Under the pieces are notes generated by a model that saw nothing but the letters and a program-made list of their open reading frames with translations, was not told where the DNA came from and searched no databases. A program made the position numbers and the translations under genes. A DNA stretch of 63,121 bases, counting the filler, from Chiloscyllium plagiosum (lineage: Eukaryota): NCBI RefSeq assembly GCF_004010195.1. It is 3 parts of one record of this genome, joined end to end, with 100 filler letters (N's around TTAATTAATTAA, not from the genome) between each part and the next. Parts side by side here need not be neighbours in the genome. Positions count along the whole stretch, not along the records: positions 22,881 to 48,084 come from NC_057716.1; positions 48,185 to 63,121 come from NC_057716.1; 1 more part is not named here. The stretch is one strand, 5' to 3'. Shown here one piece after another: positions 40,886-52,592 of the stretch (the first letter of the stretch is position 1; each line of letters opens with the position of its first letter).

Positions 40886-41455
40886 GCATAAGAATTAGGA
40901 GCAGGAGTATGCAATTCAGAATCCCGAGCCTGCCTAGCCTCGTGATAGCTGATCTCATCTTGCTTCCACCTTTCAGTCCACTCTTCATAACCGTTCACTC
41001 CATTACTATTTAAAAATCAGTCTATCTCCTGCTTAAACTTACTTGATGCTTGACATCCCACCACAATCTGGAGTAGTGATCTCCAAAAACTCATGGCCTT
41101 TTAACATAAGTGATTTCTCTTCATCACTATTTTAAATCTGCTACCCATTATCCTAAAACTATGACTTCTCATTCTAGAGTGCCCTACATGAGAAACATTG
41201 TCTCTTCATCTACTTTGTCAATCCCCTCTAGATTCTTATATACCTCAATTAGTTCTTTTCTCATTCTTCTAAACACTTGAGAATATAGGTCTAAGCTGCT
41301 CAATCTCTCTTCATAAGACAAGTTTCTCACCTCTGGAATCAATGCAATGAATATCCCCTGAACTGCCTCAAATACAACAACATCCCTGCTCAAGTAAGGG
41401 GAACAAAATGGTAAGCAATGCTCCAAATGTGGTCTCATTGATTCCCTGTACAGTT
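40886..41455 (-). mobile_element. CR1 3' fragment
   Basis: LYRESMRPHLEHCLPFCSPYLSRDV..FEAVQ...LSYEERLSSLDLYS...LIEVYK; tail CATAAGAATTAGGAGCAGGAGTA. Confidence 0.88.
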
Positions 41456-44400
41456 CCTGGAAATAATAGTTCAAAAGTAGGCCAGGCACCCATTTCCAAC
41501 ATTTTCTTAAACTGTTTCATTCTATTAAAGGTCTCCGATGAAGATTTTCAAGTGTCTGCAGCTAGGAGGTCAGAGCATATGGGAAGGATATGAATGGGAT
41601 CGACAGTGATGTGTTCCCCCGTGATCCATTACCCAGTCCACCCTTTTGTTTTAGACTCTCAGTTGAAGAGTAGTTACTTCAGTGAAATATATTGGGCTAT
41701 TTCTCCTGTGATTCAACATCAGAAGGAGAGGGTAACCTCTTTTTATATTATGTGGACAGTCATCTGAAGGATGCATCCAGAGTTCTGAGCTATATGGATC
41801 CTAACAGATTTTCCAGGGTGAGATTATGTTCTTTCATTTCACTCTTGGTGATGAGTCATGGACACGTCTGGTTTGGTCAGGGAAGTAGAATACAGTAGCA
41901 GAAGTGGCTGAATTCCATGAGAAGGACTGAACTTTAACCACTCTCCTCCACCCAGACTGCATGAAGTTGAATTTCTCTTAAATTAATGGAGGATCCACCT
42001 CTGCTATGAAGAAACACCTTGAAAATCAGGTCACTAGGAGAAGGTAGCTCTGGGAAATCTTATGTCAAGATTTCTACTCACTGGCACTGCCCTCTCTCTG
42101 CTCCTTACACAACAGCACATTTTTGGAGTATACACAGTCTCCATGTCTCAGCCCATAGTTTTAAAGAAGCCCCACTCAATTCCCATTGTGGAGAGCAATA
42201 GATAATCCCTGCTTTTTTGATCCCAACATTTCTTGTTAAGGTTAGCAGGCACGCCAACAGAACAGTTTGGATTCATTTCCCAAAGAACATAGAGTAAAAT
42301 GAATTAATAGACTGGTTTGACAGTATATTCTCAAACAGGCAATGGCTGCACAATTGGCTGTAGCTGTACTCTTTACTATAGCAACCACAGTGAGGTACGT
42401 ATGGTGACCTTGCTGCACCATGACAACAAACTCCAAAAAATCTTTGACCTTTTACACTAACAATAGATTTCAACATGAGTGAGCAGACAGCATTAATTAG
42501 TACCTGCTAACATAGATGCTAATTACCATAAAGAAATCAATATAAATGATGCTTGCTGTACACCTTTAAGATAGGACAAAATGGTTTAATCAGTCTACTA
42601 AGCATTTTAAAACATGAAATAACTGTGAAATAATATCCATAATATTTCTTGAAATTTTATAATTGGCTAGAAATTACTGTTGTCAATGTTAACAAATGAA
42701 CATTTAACACATTCATTGTTCTGTGTGGAAGCATTAATCCAGTGGGCAGAGGAATGTGCCTTAAGCATCTATCCACTAATGTCATCAGTTAATAACTTCT
42801 ACCTGTATATATTATTCATCTATCACTGCTTTAGTTTCATATCATGAACTGTGGTCTCTAGTTGAATTTCCATTGACAGAATCTGGTCCATTAAAAGAAT
42901 TGGTCTTAATGTGAGATGTGTTGTTCTTTATTGCTCTTAATAAATCATCACTATAGCACATGCAGTTTTCTACGTACTTATAATGTTGACCCAGTGGTGC
43001 CTACGAATTGTTAAATATTTTGTACAGTTTTACCTAAATTGACCTTCCTCACAAGTGAGCATACTACACAACATAAGTGAACTAAAATGACTCAAAATTA
43101 CAGATCTCATTAGCTAATTTTATTCTGCTTCTTGACTTATGTTTGTACAGATTAGTGTTTCCTTTCAGTACTTGAGAATTCTATCCCATTGACAATATCA
43201 TTAGTACTTACATGGATTACGTAAAATCAAAAGTAGGAGCCCATCATTACATTGTCTCAAGATAATCTAAACTCCCCCCTTCTTTGGTGCTTGTTGAATT
43301 TTAGTTTCTTGTAACTCTAGACTGTGGCATGTTTTTACTGAGAATAGTTAGTTAAATCATCATTACCAGTTCCACAAACTCTGCTTTTGTCTAATGGAAG
43401 AGAAATGGCTGTCAGAGCCGTTTGGTGCTATTTGATGTATCTTTTTAACCCTACTGTTAGACTAACAATTTCAAAAGAACTCATAGCATAGTCAGCTTGA
43501 CATTGACAAATACAATCGAAATAACTCTGCTATCAGTCTGTCAACACATTTACTTCATAATCCTTCTGTTCTCTTGACGTTGTTCAGTTAGAACTTTGTT
43601 AATGCTCTGGTGACTTAAGTTCCACATCTCAATCTTTCTAATTAAATTGGTACTGGTAAAACAATAGTTGCTCACATTTTCAAGCAGGTGTCGCTCTGTT
43701 TATTTCACCTTCCTAAGCTTTTCTATTATAATCAGCTAAGTAGTAAAATAATATTACCAGGTGATGCTTTGACATAATTTTCTGAAGCAAGTCACAATTT
43801 GACATTGGCAGAATAGTTGATATACACAGAACAGCTGTACTTTCACTCACTTACCTGTCTTCCTCAAAGCTGTGCTATGGAAACCAGTTGACATCTAGGA
43901 TCTTGTTTAGTGACCATTTTTCATTTGAGAGTCTATACAGTGATTGTTTGCAGGTACTCAACACTGGAATCATATTAAAACAATGACTACAAATGTTAAA
44001 ACTGATCTCCAGCCTATCCTCATCTGCCCCATCCATAGGTGCACTCGTCCAACCTGATATTATTGGTTAATGCTCAGGAGCAGGACCCCTGTCTGATTTG
44101 CCTCCTCCTGAGCCAAGGAGAATTGACAAAAATTGCGATGTTGCAATTGGCAACCTGTCTGAGGCCAGTTAACCAAAAAGACTGGAGATCGAGCCTGAAC
44201 CTGATTGGCTCAAGCCCATGACAACTGAATAAAAGCTGATCAGGAGCCTCAAAGATGCTGGTATCACCTGAAAAAGTCTAAGAACTAAAACTAATTTTGA
44301 ATACAGGCAATCCATTTAATTATCCAGCAAGAGTCAGGAGATAGGTGATTGTCATTATTTACCCAGAATTCCATCATGTGTATAATGGATGCAAACACCT

Positions 44401-44549
44401 TTCTTCACTTCTCAGCTGGTATTGGCACACACCTCCCTAACTCCCTCCATATCCGATCAATTCCTCTCCAGTAGCCAGTGTTTTGCCTTATCTTCTATAA
44501 CGTGGCTGTTCCATTGATGACCCAATTAAACTAAACCATCTCCCATTCT

Positions 44550-44655
44550 GCCAAAAGAAAAGTACTGCGGTTGCCAGGAACAAATAAGAGCAGAAATTAC
44601 TTGGAATGCTCGACAGGTCTGGCAATCTTGGTGGACAGAGAAGCATAGTTAACAG
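44550..44655 (-). mobile_element. Decayed remnant of the 18808-type PLE-terminus element
   Basis: ACTGCGGTTGCCAGGA...GGAATGCTCGACAGGTCTGGCAATC...GAGAAGCATAGTTAAC resembles the reverse complement of 18885-18985. Confidence 0.45.
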
Positions 44656-44819
44656 GTGGAATTTTCTACCATCTTTTGAGCAGTACAAGCAATGGTGAGA
44701 AAGTTGGAAAAAGGGAACAAATATTGAGAAATCAGATTCTTGTTATCGAGAACTTTAAAAAAAAATCCCCTTAGTGTTTAAACGGCAAGCTGGAAGTGCA
44801 GAGTAGATGTTTCAGTGGT

Positions 44820-45290
44820 CCTCAACATTATATACCGCAGTTTTCAGCCAATTCAGTTCATTCCACATAATATCAAGAAAACTGTTGGAGGCACGGGATA
44901 CTGCAAAGGCTATCGGCCCTGACAACGTTCCAGCAATACTACTCTAAACATCTGGTCCAGAATTTGCTGCTTCCCTAGCCAAGCTGTTCCATTAGAGTTA
45001 CAACACTGGCATCTACCTCACAATGTGGAAAATTGCCCAATTGCACAAAAAAAGCTGAGCAAATCCAACCCAATCATTTTACCACCCCATCAGTCTACTC
45101 TCGATCATCGGTAAAGTGATGGAAGGTGTCATCAACAGTGTTATCAAGCAGCACATGCTCATTGACCCCCAGTTTGTGTTCCACCAGGACCACTCAGCTC
45201 CTGACTGTATTATAGCCTCGATTCAAACATGGACAAATGAGCTGAATTCCTGAAATGAGGTGAGTGAAATCCCTTGACACCAAGGCTTCC
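44820..45290 (+). mobile_element. LINE RT N-terminal fragment (CR1/jockey-like)
   Basis: DTAKAIGPDNVP...LAKLFH*SYNTGIYLTMWKIAQ...KSNP..YHPISLLSIIGKVMEGVIN. Confidence 0.8.
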
Positions 45291-47526
45291 GTCTAGAAGG
45301 ACAGGAGCAGCAGATACATGGAGACACTTCTCTAAGCCACTCACCCATTCTGACTTAGAAATATATCATTATTCCTTCGCTGTTGCTGTGTCAAATTTTC
45401 ACAATCAGTCTGGTTTCAACACGAAGCCAACAAGGGCATGGCAATTCAGAGGCCAGACAAAAGCTCACTGAAACCCACCATCAGGAACAATAAGTTGGGT
45501 TTGCACTTTCTTTCTTACTTGCATTTGGTTATATGGCAAATAGCCCTTGGTCAGTCAAAATCACTTGTGCACTTGGTGGTTCCTGGACTTCTTGAACTTT
45601 TCTGTTGGCATATCAATGTTTCCTTATCCGCATGATTGTACAAGTGGTATCTTCAATTGATCTCATTTTCAAGTGTCTGCACTTTACAGGTCCTCCTGAC
45701 TATTCAGATCACAGCAGCAGTCAATGAGGCAGGACTGCAACATGGCAAGACACCAAAATCGGGTAGTTCTTAAGGCTGCAGCTGACATATGGAATCTGAG
45801 TGCTGTTCAGTGCAGTGCAGGCCCTTATAATAGAAAGCAGGTTAGCAGTACTTCTGAGGCACCTCCTTTTCATTTTTCTAACATTACTTAGCTTTCATGT
45901 TTCAGAGTTTGCATTGACTGCTAAATTGCCAAGATCATTTTATAGGGCATAGTTAACCCTGAGAGAGGTAGTGCTCGGTGCAGTTTCTCTTGGCTAAGTT
46001 ATGAGGGAGAGTGGAGATGTGAATTTCCCATGGTGCACCTCCCAGGTTTGAATGGCAATGCACCTCCCTTGAAGACTGAAAGACTGGTCGCTCAGCATTT
46101 TCCTCATTACAGGATGAAGAGGCTAATGTCTGCCCTCTTTGCCCGGTTATGAGAGATTTCTTTTTCCTGCCATGACACAAATGAAGAGAATGCATACGTT
46201 GTAAGTGTATGGAAAATCTATGTTAGGCCTCATTTAATCATATTTATTAATGGCTTGAACAAGGGGATACAAAGTTAGGTTGCATTATAGACATCTCTAG
46301 GTCTCGTGGTGAAATGGGTGCCAGTTTCATTTTCTGGGCCATTTCCTCAGTTGCTCCATGCAAGGCCAATTCCTGCCTTGCAGTGTCAGAAATGCCATGG
46401 AACTGTGGTTTAAATAAAATGCCAGTGGCATGAACATTGCAAAGTTCAAGGGAGCAGCATGCTCTACCACCTCTACTGGCGCACAGTGCCACGGCGAGGG
46501 CAAACGTGGAGGTTGGTTGCGTATCTAATGAGCTGAAGAGCAGACCATTGCATGAGAAAAGGTGACATGGGCAATGGTGGGCCACCCATCATGAATCTTA
46601 CTAAAAACATTGCCAAAAAATGGGAAAATTCATCCCAAGATTTTATGTCTGTCCATCATTAATAGTGTCATCCCTATCACCAAACCACAGGAACTTTCTG
46701 AACATTAGTTTCAATAGTGTCTGGATTATGCTGCTGCATTTGCAAGTTGAAATTTTGGCATTGTATTGTCGGTAATTTCTAGTATCACAGCAGCAATTCT
46801 TTACCTGCATCATAGTCTAAAGACCTGCCACAGGGGTTGAATGAGCAGTTTACCATTATAAATTTGCTGTCTTGTAGCTTACCTTGCAGTAACATGGAAT
46901 TATCGCCTAATTGGAAATAAACAAATTGTTAAGTCAGGAACTGATGAACTGAATCATTGAATTTATGGTTATCTCTTGGTCCCCATGCTTTCATGTGCTA
47001 TTATTGTTTTCCTTGACACAATTTTTCCATCTCATATTACATCAGTAGGCCAGAAGTATTTGAGGGACATGTTTTTGACCATTATCTGCACTGAGGTAAA
47101 GCTGTTCATCTCTTTACAATGGAGAGTCATTGTTAAGAGTCCGGTCAAAGTGAAATCAATAAAATCTTCAGTAGCACCAGTGTGTAATTTAGTCAATGCA
47201 TTATATTGTCTTTATTTCAGTTCTCTGGAGAGCCACATGAGACCATGGGAAAGAAAAGAGTGAACTTAATTACAGACATGTATTACACTGGGCTTCAGGT
47301 TTCAGGTTTAATTTTTTTTTCTTGTGGCTCAGTCTCCTGAATTTATGTCCTACTAAAATATTCAGACTGAACGAATATTGCTGCATATTTAATGTTTTCA
47401 ACAAAAATTGATTTAAAGAATCTGCCAGCTAGTTAATATGTAATTGGTATAAGGCAATATGGAACAATCTGGATTTTCCAACTTTCCCTTCAGAAGTGGC
47501 TGGAATTTGCTCCTGAAGGGAGCCAG

Positions 47527-48084
47527 TTGTACAGTTCAAATCTCTGTATCAAACTGGGAGTTACTGTGTACAGTTCTAGTCTTCATATCAAACTGGGAGT
47601 TACTGTGTATAGTTCCAGTCTACATATCACACTAGGGGTCACTGTGTACGGTTCCAATTCCTTTATCAAATTGTGAGTCGCTGTGTACAGTTCCACTACC
47701 TGTATCTCACTGGGAGTCACTGTGTACAGTTCAAGTACATGTATCTCACTGGGAGTCACTGTGTACAGTTCCAGTACCTGTATCTCACTGGGAGTCACTG
47801 TGTAAAGTTCCAGTACCTGTATCTCACTGGGAGTCACTGTGGACAGTTCCAATCTCGGTATCACACTAGGAGTCACTGTGTACAGTTCCAGTACCTGTAT
47901 CACTCTGGGAGTCACTGTGTACAGTTCCAGTACCTGTATCACACTGGGAGTCACTGTGTACAGTTCAAGTACATGTATCTCACTGGGAGTCACTGTGTAC
48001 AGTTCAAGTACATGTATCTCACTGGGAGTCACTGTGTACAGTTCAAGTACATGTATCTCACTGGGAGTCACTGTGTACAGTTCC
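47527..48084. repeat. 39-bp minisatellite TGTATCTCACTGGGAGTCACTGTGTACAGTTCCAGTACC
   Basis: About 14 tandem copies, most homogeneous toward the gap; 13-aa periodic ORFs (TPSEIQVLELYTV). Confidence 0.95.
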
Positions 48085-48184
48085 NNNNNNNNNNNNNNNN
48101 NNNNNNNNNNNNNNNNNNNNNNNNNNNNTTAATTAATTAANNNNNNNNNNNNNNNNNNNNNNNNNNNNNNNNNNNNNNNNNNNN
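48085..48184. other. Artificial contig-joining spacer
   Basis: 44 N + TTAATTAATTAA + 44 N. Confidence 0.9.
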
Positions 48185-48887
48185 CTCCTTGAAAGTGGAG
48201 TCGCAGGTAGATAGGATAGTGAAGGCGGCGTTTGGTATGCTTTCCTTTATTGGTCAGAGTATTGAGTACAGGAGTTGGGAGGTCATGTTGCAGCTGTACA
48301 AGACATTGGTTAGGCCACTGTTGGAATATCGTGTGCAATTCTGGTCTCCTTCNNNNNNNNNNNNNNNNNNNNNNNNNNNNNNNNNNNNNNNNNNNNNNNN
48401 NNNNNNNNNNNNNNNNNNNNNNNNNNNNNNNNNNNNNNNNNNNNNNTTACAAGGATGTTGCCAGGGTTGGAGGATTTGAGCTATAGGGAGAGGCTGAACA
48501 GGCTGGGGCTGTTTTCCCTGGAGCGTCGGAGGCTGAGGGGTGACCTTATAGAGGTTTACAAAATTATGAGGGGCATGGATAGGATTAATAGTCTTTTCCC
48601 TGCGGTTGGGGAGTCCAGAACTAGAGTGATATAAAAGATATAAAAGAGACCTAAGAGGTAACGTTTTCACGCAGTGGATGGTGCCCCAGAGGATGTGGTG
48701 GAGGCTGCTACAATTGCAGCATTTAAGAGGCATTTGGATGGGTATATGAATAGGAAGGGTTTGGAGGGATATGGGCCGGGTGCTGGCAGGTGGGACTAGA
48801 TTGGGTTGGGATATCTGGTTGGCATGGACAGGTTGGACCGAAGGGTCTGTTTCCATGCTGTACATCTCTATGACTCTATGACTCTAT
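48185..48887 (+). mobile_element. Relatively young CR1/HER1-like 3' fragment
   Basis: KVESQVDRIVKAAFGMLSFIGQSIEYRSWEVMLQLYKTLVRPLLEY..QFWSP; tail TCTATGACTCTATGACTCTA. Confidence 0.93.
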
Positions 48888-49199
48888 TTCATTCTCTGTC
48901 TTTACTGAATGCATTTCTCACCATTCAGCCTATTGTTTGACCCAACTTTTCATTATGATTTGTCCCATTGCTCAGTGTGTTTTTTATTTTCTTATCATGC
49001 CCCAGTGGACCACTTTGTATAAGAGGCCTTATATGTTAAGGTTATTGTGGGTTCTTGTGTCCACAGTTCAGTAATTTTATTTACCATGTCTTGTACATTT
49101 ATGTATGTGTAATCTAAACATATCTTAGTCTCTCTCATGTTTCCAAACTGTTTGCTCCTTCCTATTCCTGAACTACTTAGTTGTATTGCTTCCTTTTCC

Positions 49200-49485
49200 T
49201 GAGACAGGGGTCACTGTCTCAGGTTTTGGGGGAGGCCATTTAGGACAGAGATAAGGAAAAATAGCTTCTCCCAGAGAGTGGTGGGTCTGTGGAATTCTCA
49301 ACTGTTAAAGTGGTTGAGGCCACAACATTGAATGTTTTCAAGAAGCGATTAGATGTGGTTCTTGGGGCTAACGGGATCAGCAGATATGGGAGAATACAGG
49401 AAGAGGATACTGAGCTGGAGATCAGCCATGATCATACTGAGTTGGAGATCAGCCATGACCATAATGAATGGCAGGTCAGGTTCAA
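49200..49485 (+). mobile_element. CR1 3' UTR-end fragment with 27-bp internal tandem duplication
   Basis: CCCAGAGAGTGGTGGGTCTGTGGAATTCTC...; ATACTGAG(C/T)TGGAGATCAGCCATGA(T/C)C occurs twice. Confidence 0.75.
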
Positions 49486-49493
49486 AAAATATA

Positions 49494-49790
49494 TTAGCAC
49501 TGCTGCCTCACAGCGCCAGAGACCGGGTTGAATTCCCGCCTCAGGCAACTGTCTGTGTAGAGTTTGCACATTCTCCCCGTGTCTGCGTGAGTTTCCTCCG
49601 GGTGCTCCGGTTTCCTCCCACTGTCCAAAAATGTCCAGGTTAGGTGAATTGGCCATGCTAAATTGCCCATAGTGTTGGGTGAAGAGGTAAATGTAGGAGA
49701 ATGGGTCTCGCTGGGTTGCTCTTCGGAGGGTCGGTGTGGACTTGTTGGGCCGAAGGGCCTGTTTCCACACTGTAAGTAATCTAATCTAAT
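49494..49790 (+). mobile_element. HE1-like V-SINE (5' slightly truncated)
   Basis: TTAGCACTGCTGCCTCACAGCGCC...V-domain...GGCCGAAGGGCCTGTTTCC...(AATCT)n. Confidence 0.92.
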
Positions 49791-50004
49791 TTCTGTTTCA
49801 ATGTTTGGGCAATTGCATTGAATAACCCTTTACAATTTCGTACTAACTCTAGGCTAAACCTTCTAATCAACTTGTCACAGAATTGCATCCCAGGCTCTAA
49901 ACCAATAGATCTAATTTGATCTTCACCCAGTTCCTGCAGATACTGTGGGCACCATGAATTGAGTTAAAGGACAGCTCATTTAACACATTCTTCAGATATG
50001 TTAT

Positions 50005-50530
50005 GACACACATTCAGGGCAGGTGGGACTTGGATGCCATCCTGCTAGCTCAGAGGTAGGGACACTACCCATGTGCAGCAAGAGCCCCAAATTAACATTA
50101 TTACTCACACATATTTTTAATCAGCCCTGTTCAGACAGAGTTTTGATCCAGCTCTGGAACAGTGTGACTTGAATCCAGGCCTTTCTGGCTCAGAAGCAAA
50201 GATACTGACAGGGCACGGTGGCTCATTGGTTAGTACTGCTGCCTCATAGCATCAGGAATCCGGGTTTGATTCCTGCCTCAGACATTTGTCACTGGTGGAG
50301 TTTGCATGTCCTCCCTGTGTCTGCATGGATTTCCTCCAGATGCTCTGGCTTCCCCCCCACAATCCAAAGATGTGCAAGTTAGGTGGATTGCTAAGGAGAG
50401 CGCAGGGTAGATGGGTTAGCCATGGAAAATGCAGGGTTTGAAAGGGTCGGTGTGAACTCGATGGACTAAATGCCCTGTTTCCCACACTGTAGGAATTCGA
50501 TGACTTTACTATCACATTACACAAGACCCA
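50005..50530 (-). mobile_element. Two tandem tRNA-like SINE heads, the second interrupted by a plus-strand V-SINE (~50207-50505)
   Basis: Minus strand GGGCTCTTGCTGCACATGGGTAGTGTCCCTACCTCTGAGC...CCAAGTCCCAC and GGGTCTTGTGTAATGTGATAGT|ATCTTTGCTTCTGAGCCAGAAAGGCCTGGATTCAAGTCAC. Confidence 0.55.
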
Positions 50531-51046
50531 ACACTTTCTCCTAACATTTTGGTAAGACGCTGTTCTAGTCTAGATATTTTACCTGTCTTCTTATGACCAT
50601 GCTATAATGGCCATTGCAATTTGCATTTGGCAAATTATGGTTGTGTGAAGGCACTGAAAATGTTCAAGGATTAGGCCTACCATTGATATGTAATTATAAT
50701 GAATGAGTTATATACTTGACCTTGCCAGAGTACCCCCACATTCTAAGTTCATGTAAAAAGAATGAATTAAATCACCTTGTTAATTTCAGAACCATCACTG
50801 AGTTACACTTTTAAAACTTGAGCTGCTGACCTTAAAGATTGCTGTTTTGTTCAGTACAGAATTGTGGGTTAGCTAATCCATAGACATGGCTATTAATTAG
50901 CAACTGCTAATCTCATTCAGTCTTCACATCTGATAATGAAAAGATTACAGAGTGGAGATCAGATGAATTATTCTTGTACTGTTAGCAATCTTGTCATCAT
51001 TAACAGGGGTATCAGTTTTGTAATGAGTTTTTTTTTAATTTCAGAA

Positions 51047-51322
51047 ATTAGATTACTTACAGTGTAGAAACAGGCCCTTCGGCCCAACAAGTCCACACCG
51101 ACCTGCCACCCAACCATTACCCTACACCTAACACTACGGGCAATTTAGTATGGCCTGCACATCTTTGGATTGCGGGAGGAAACCAGGGCACCCGGAGGAA
51201 ACTCACACAGACATGGGGAGAATGTGCAAACTCCACACAGACAGTCACCTGAGGCAGGAATTGAACCCGGGTCTCTGGCGCTTTGAGGCAGCAGTGCTAA
51301 CCACTGTGCCACCGTGCTGCCC
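51047..51322 (-). mobile_element. HE1-like V-SINE
   Basis: GGGCAGCACGGTGGCACAGTGGTTAGC head (A box), GGTTCAATTCC (B box), V-domain, tail. Confidence 0.93.
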
Positions 51323-51754
51323 ATAATGGCATGTACAAATAGATTAGATAAATTTACAATAAAGCTTATATTTTTCACAATTCCCATTTTGTTTATAGAA
51401 ATCATTTGACACATGAGCATGACATTTGTTGACTCTGAGGGAAATTATATGTTTTGGTCCAATATCCATCACTTCAAATCATTTCATGTTGGATTTATAG
51501 CAATCAGAGAGAAATTCACTTTCTACAAGTCTGGGCTGGAATTGGACCTTTGCAAGTATGGACCTCAGCATAACATTTATTCAATATCAATCATATAGTT
51601 CTTATTCTAAGGACTCAAGAATGCCTGCTTTTGAAAAAAAAAGTACATTTTAATGTTCATAATGTCACACCTATTTTGCTTGAGGCTTCAGATGAAGGTA
51701 TATCACTTGACAATGCAGAAGGACTTTCTGTACTTAGCAACGCTTTCACTGTTC

Positions 51755-52077
51755 ACAGGATGTAGATGTCACTGACTAGGCCAACACTTCTTGTCTTTCC
51801 CTAATTAACTTTGAGAAAGTGAAGGTGAACTGCTTTCTTGAATTGGGGGTGTAGATAAACTTACAGTGCTGTTAGGAAAGGAATTCCCGGATATTGACCC
51901 AGCAACAGTAAAGGAGCAGCAACATAGTTCCAAGTCAGGATGGTGAGCAACTAGCAGGTGGTGGTGTTCCCATGTACCTGCTGCCCTTGTCCTTTGAGAC
52001 GGGAGTTGTGAAAGGTGCTACTGAAGGAGCCTTGATGCATTTCAGCAGTGTATCTTGAAGATGGTGCACTGATGGTG
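51755..52077 (-). mobile_element. LINE 3' fragment (same family as 11010-11530)
   Basis: Shared TTCCAAGTCAGGATG, GCCCTTGTC and AAGGAGCCTT motifs; appears to continue at 58426-58530 beyond the L1. Confidence 0.6.
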
Positions 52078-52324
52078 GAAGGGCCTGTTTCCACACTGTA
52101 AATAATCTAATCTAATCTAATTTCTGTTTCTATATTTGGGCAATTGCATTGAATAACCCTTTACAATTTCGTACTAACTCTAGGCTAAACCTTCTAATCA
52201 ACTTGTCACAGAATTGCATCCCAGGCTCTAAACCAACAGATCTAATTTGATCTTCACCCAGTCCCTGCAGATACTGTGGGCACCATGAATTGAGTTAAAG
52301 GACAGCTCATTTAATACATGATTG

Positions 52325-52592
52325 TCATAGAATCGTGGAGTTGTACAGTGCAGAAATAGACTCTTCAATCCAACTCTTCCACGCCAACCAGATATCCTAA
52401 ACTGAGCCAGTCCCATTTGCCAGCATTGGCACACATCCCTTAGAATAATTCTTATACATTTGTCCATCTAGATGCCTTTTGAATGTTGTAATTGTACCCG
52501 ACTCCACTGCTTCCTCTGGCATGCATGCACTGTACATATACCTCTCTCTGCATGAAAGAGCTGCTCCTCAGGTCTCTTTTAAATCTTTTCCC
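52325..52592 (-). mobile_element. CR1/HER1-like 3' tail
   Basis: CATAGAATC...TAGTCCCA-like GCCAGTCCCATTTGCCAGCA...CTTTTAAATCTTTTCCC. Confidence 0.75.

Noticed and set aside
46300..46640. Possible Harbinger-type MITE remnant ending GGAAAATTCATCCC
   Set aside because: No matching left terminal inverted repeat found.
47583..48140. 13-aa repeat ORFs open on both strands
   Set aside because: A consequence of a 39-bp stop-free monomer; no evidence of coding.
51250..51322. tRNA gene-like A/B boxes (also in other SINE heads)
   Set aside because: These are SINE heads continuing into the V-domain; no cloverleaf or terminator.
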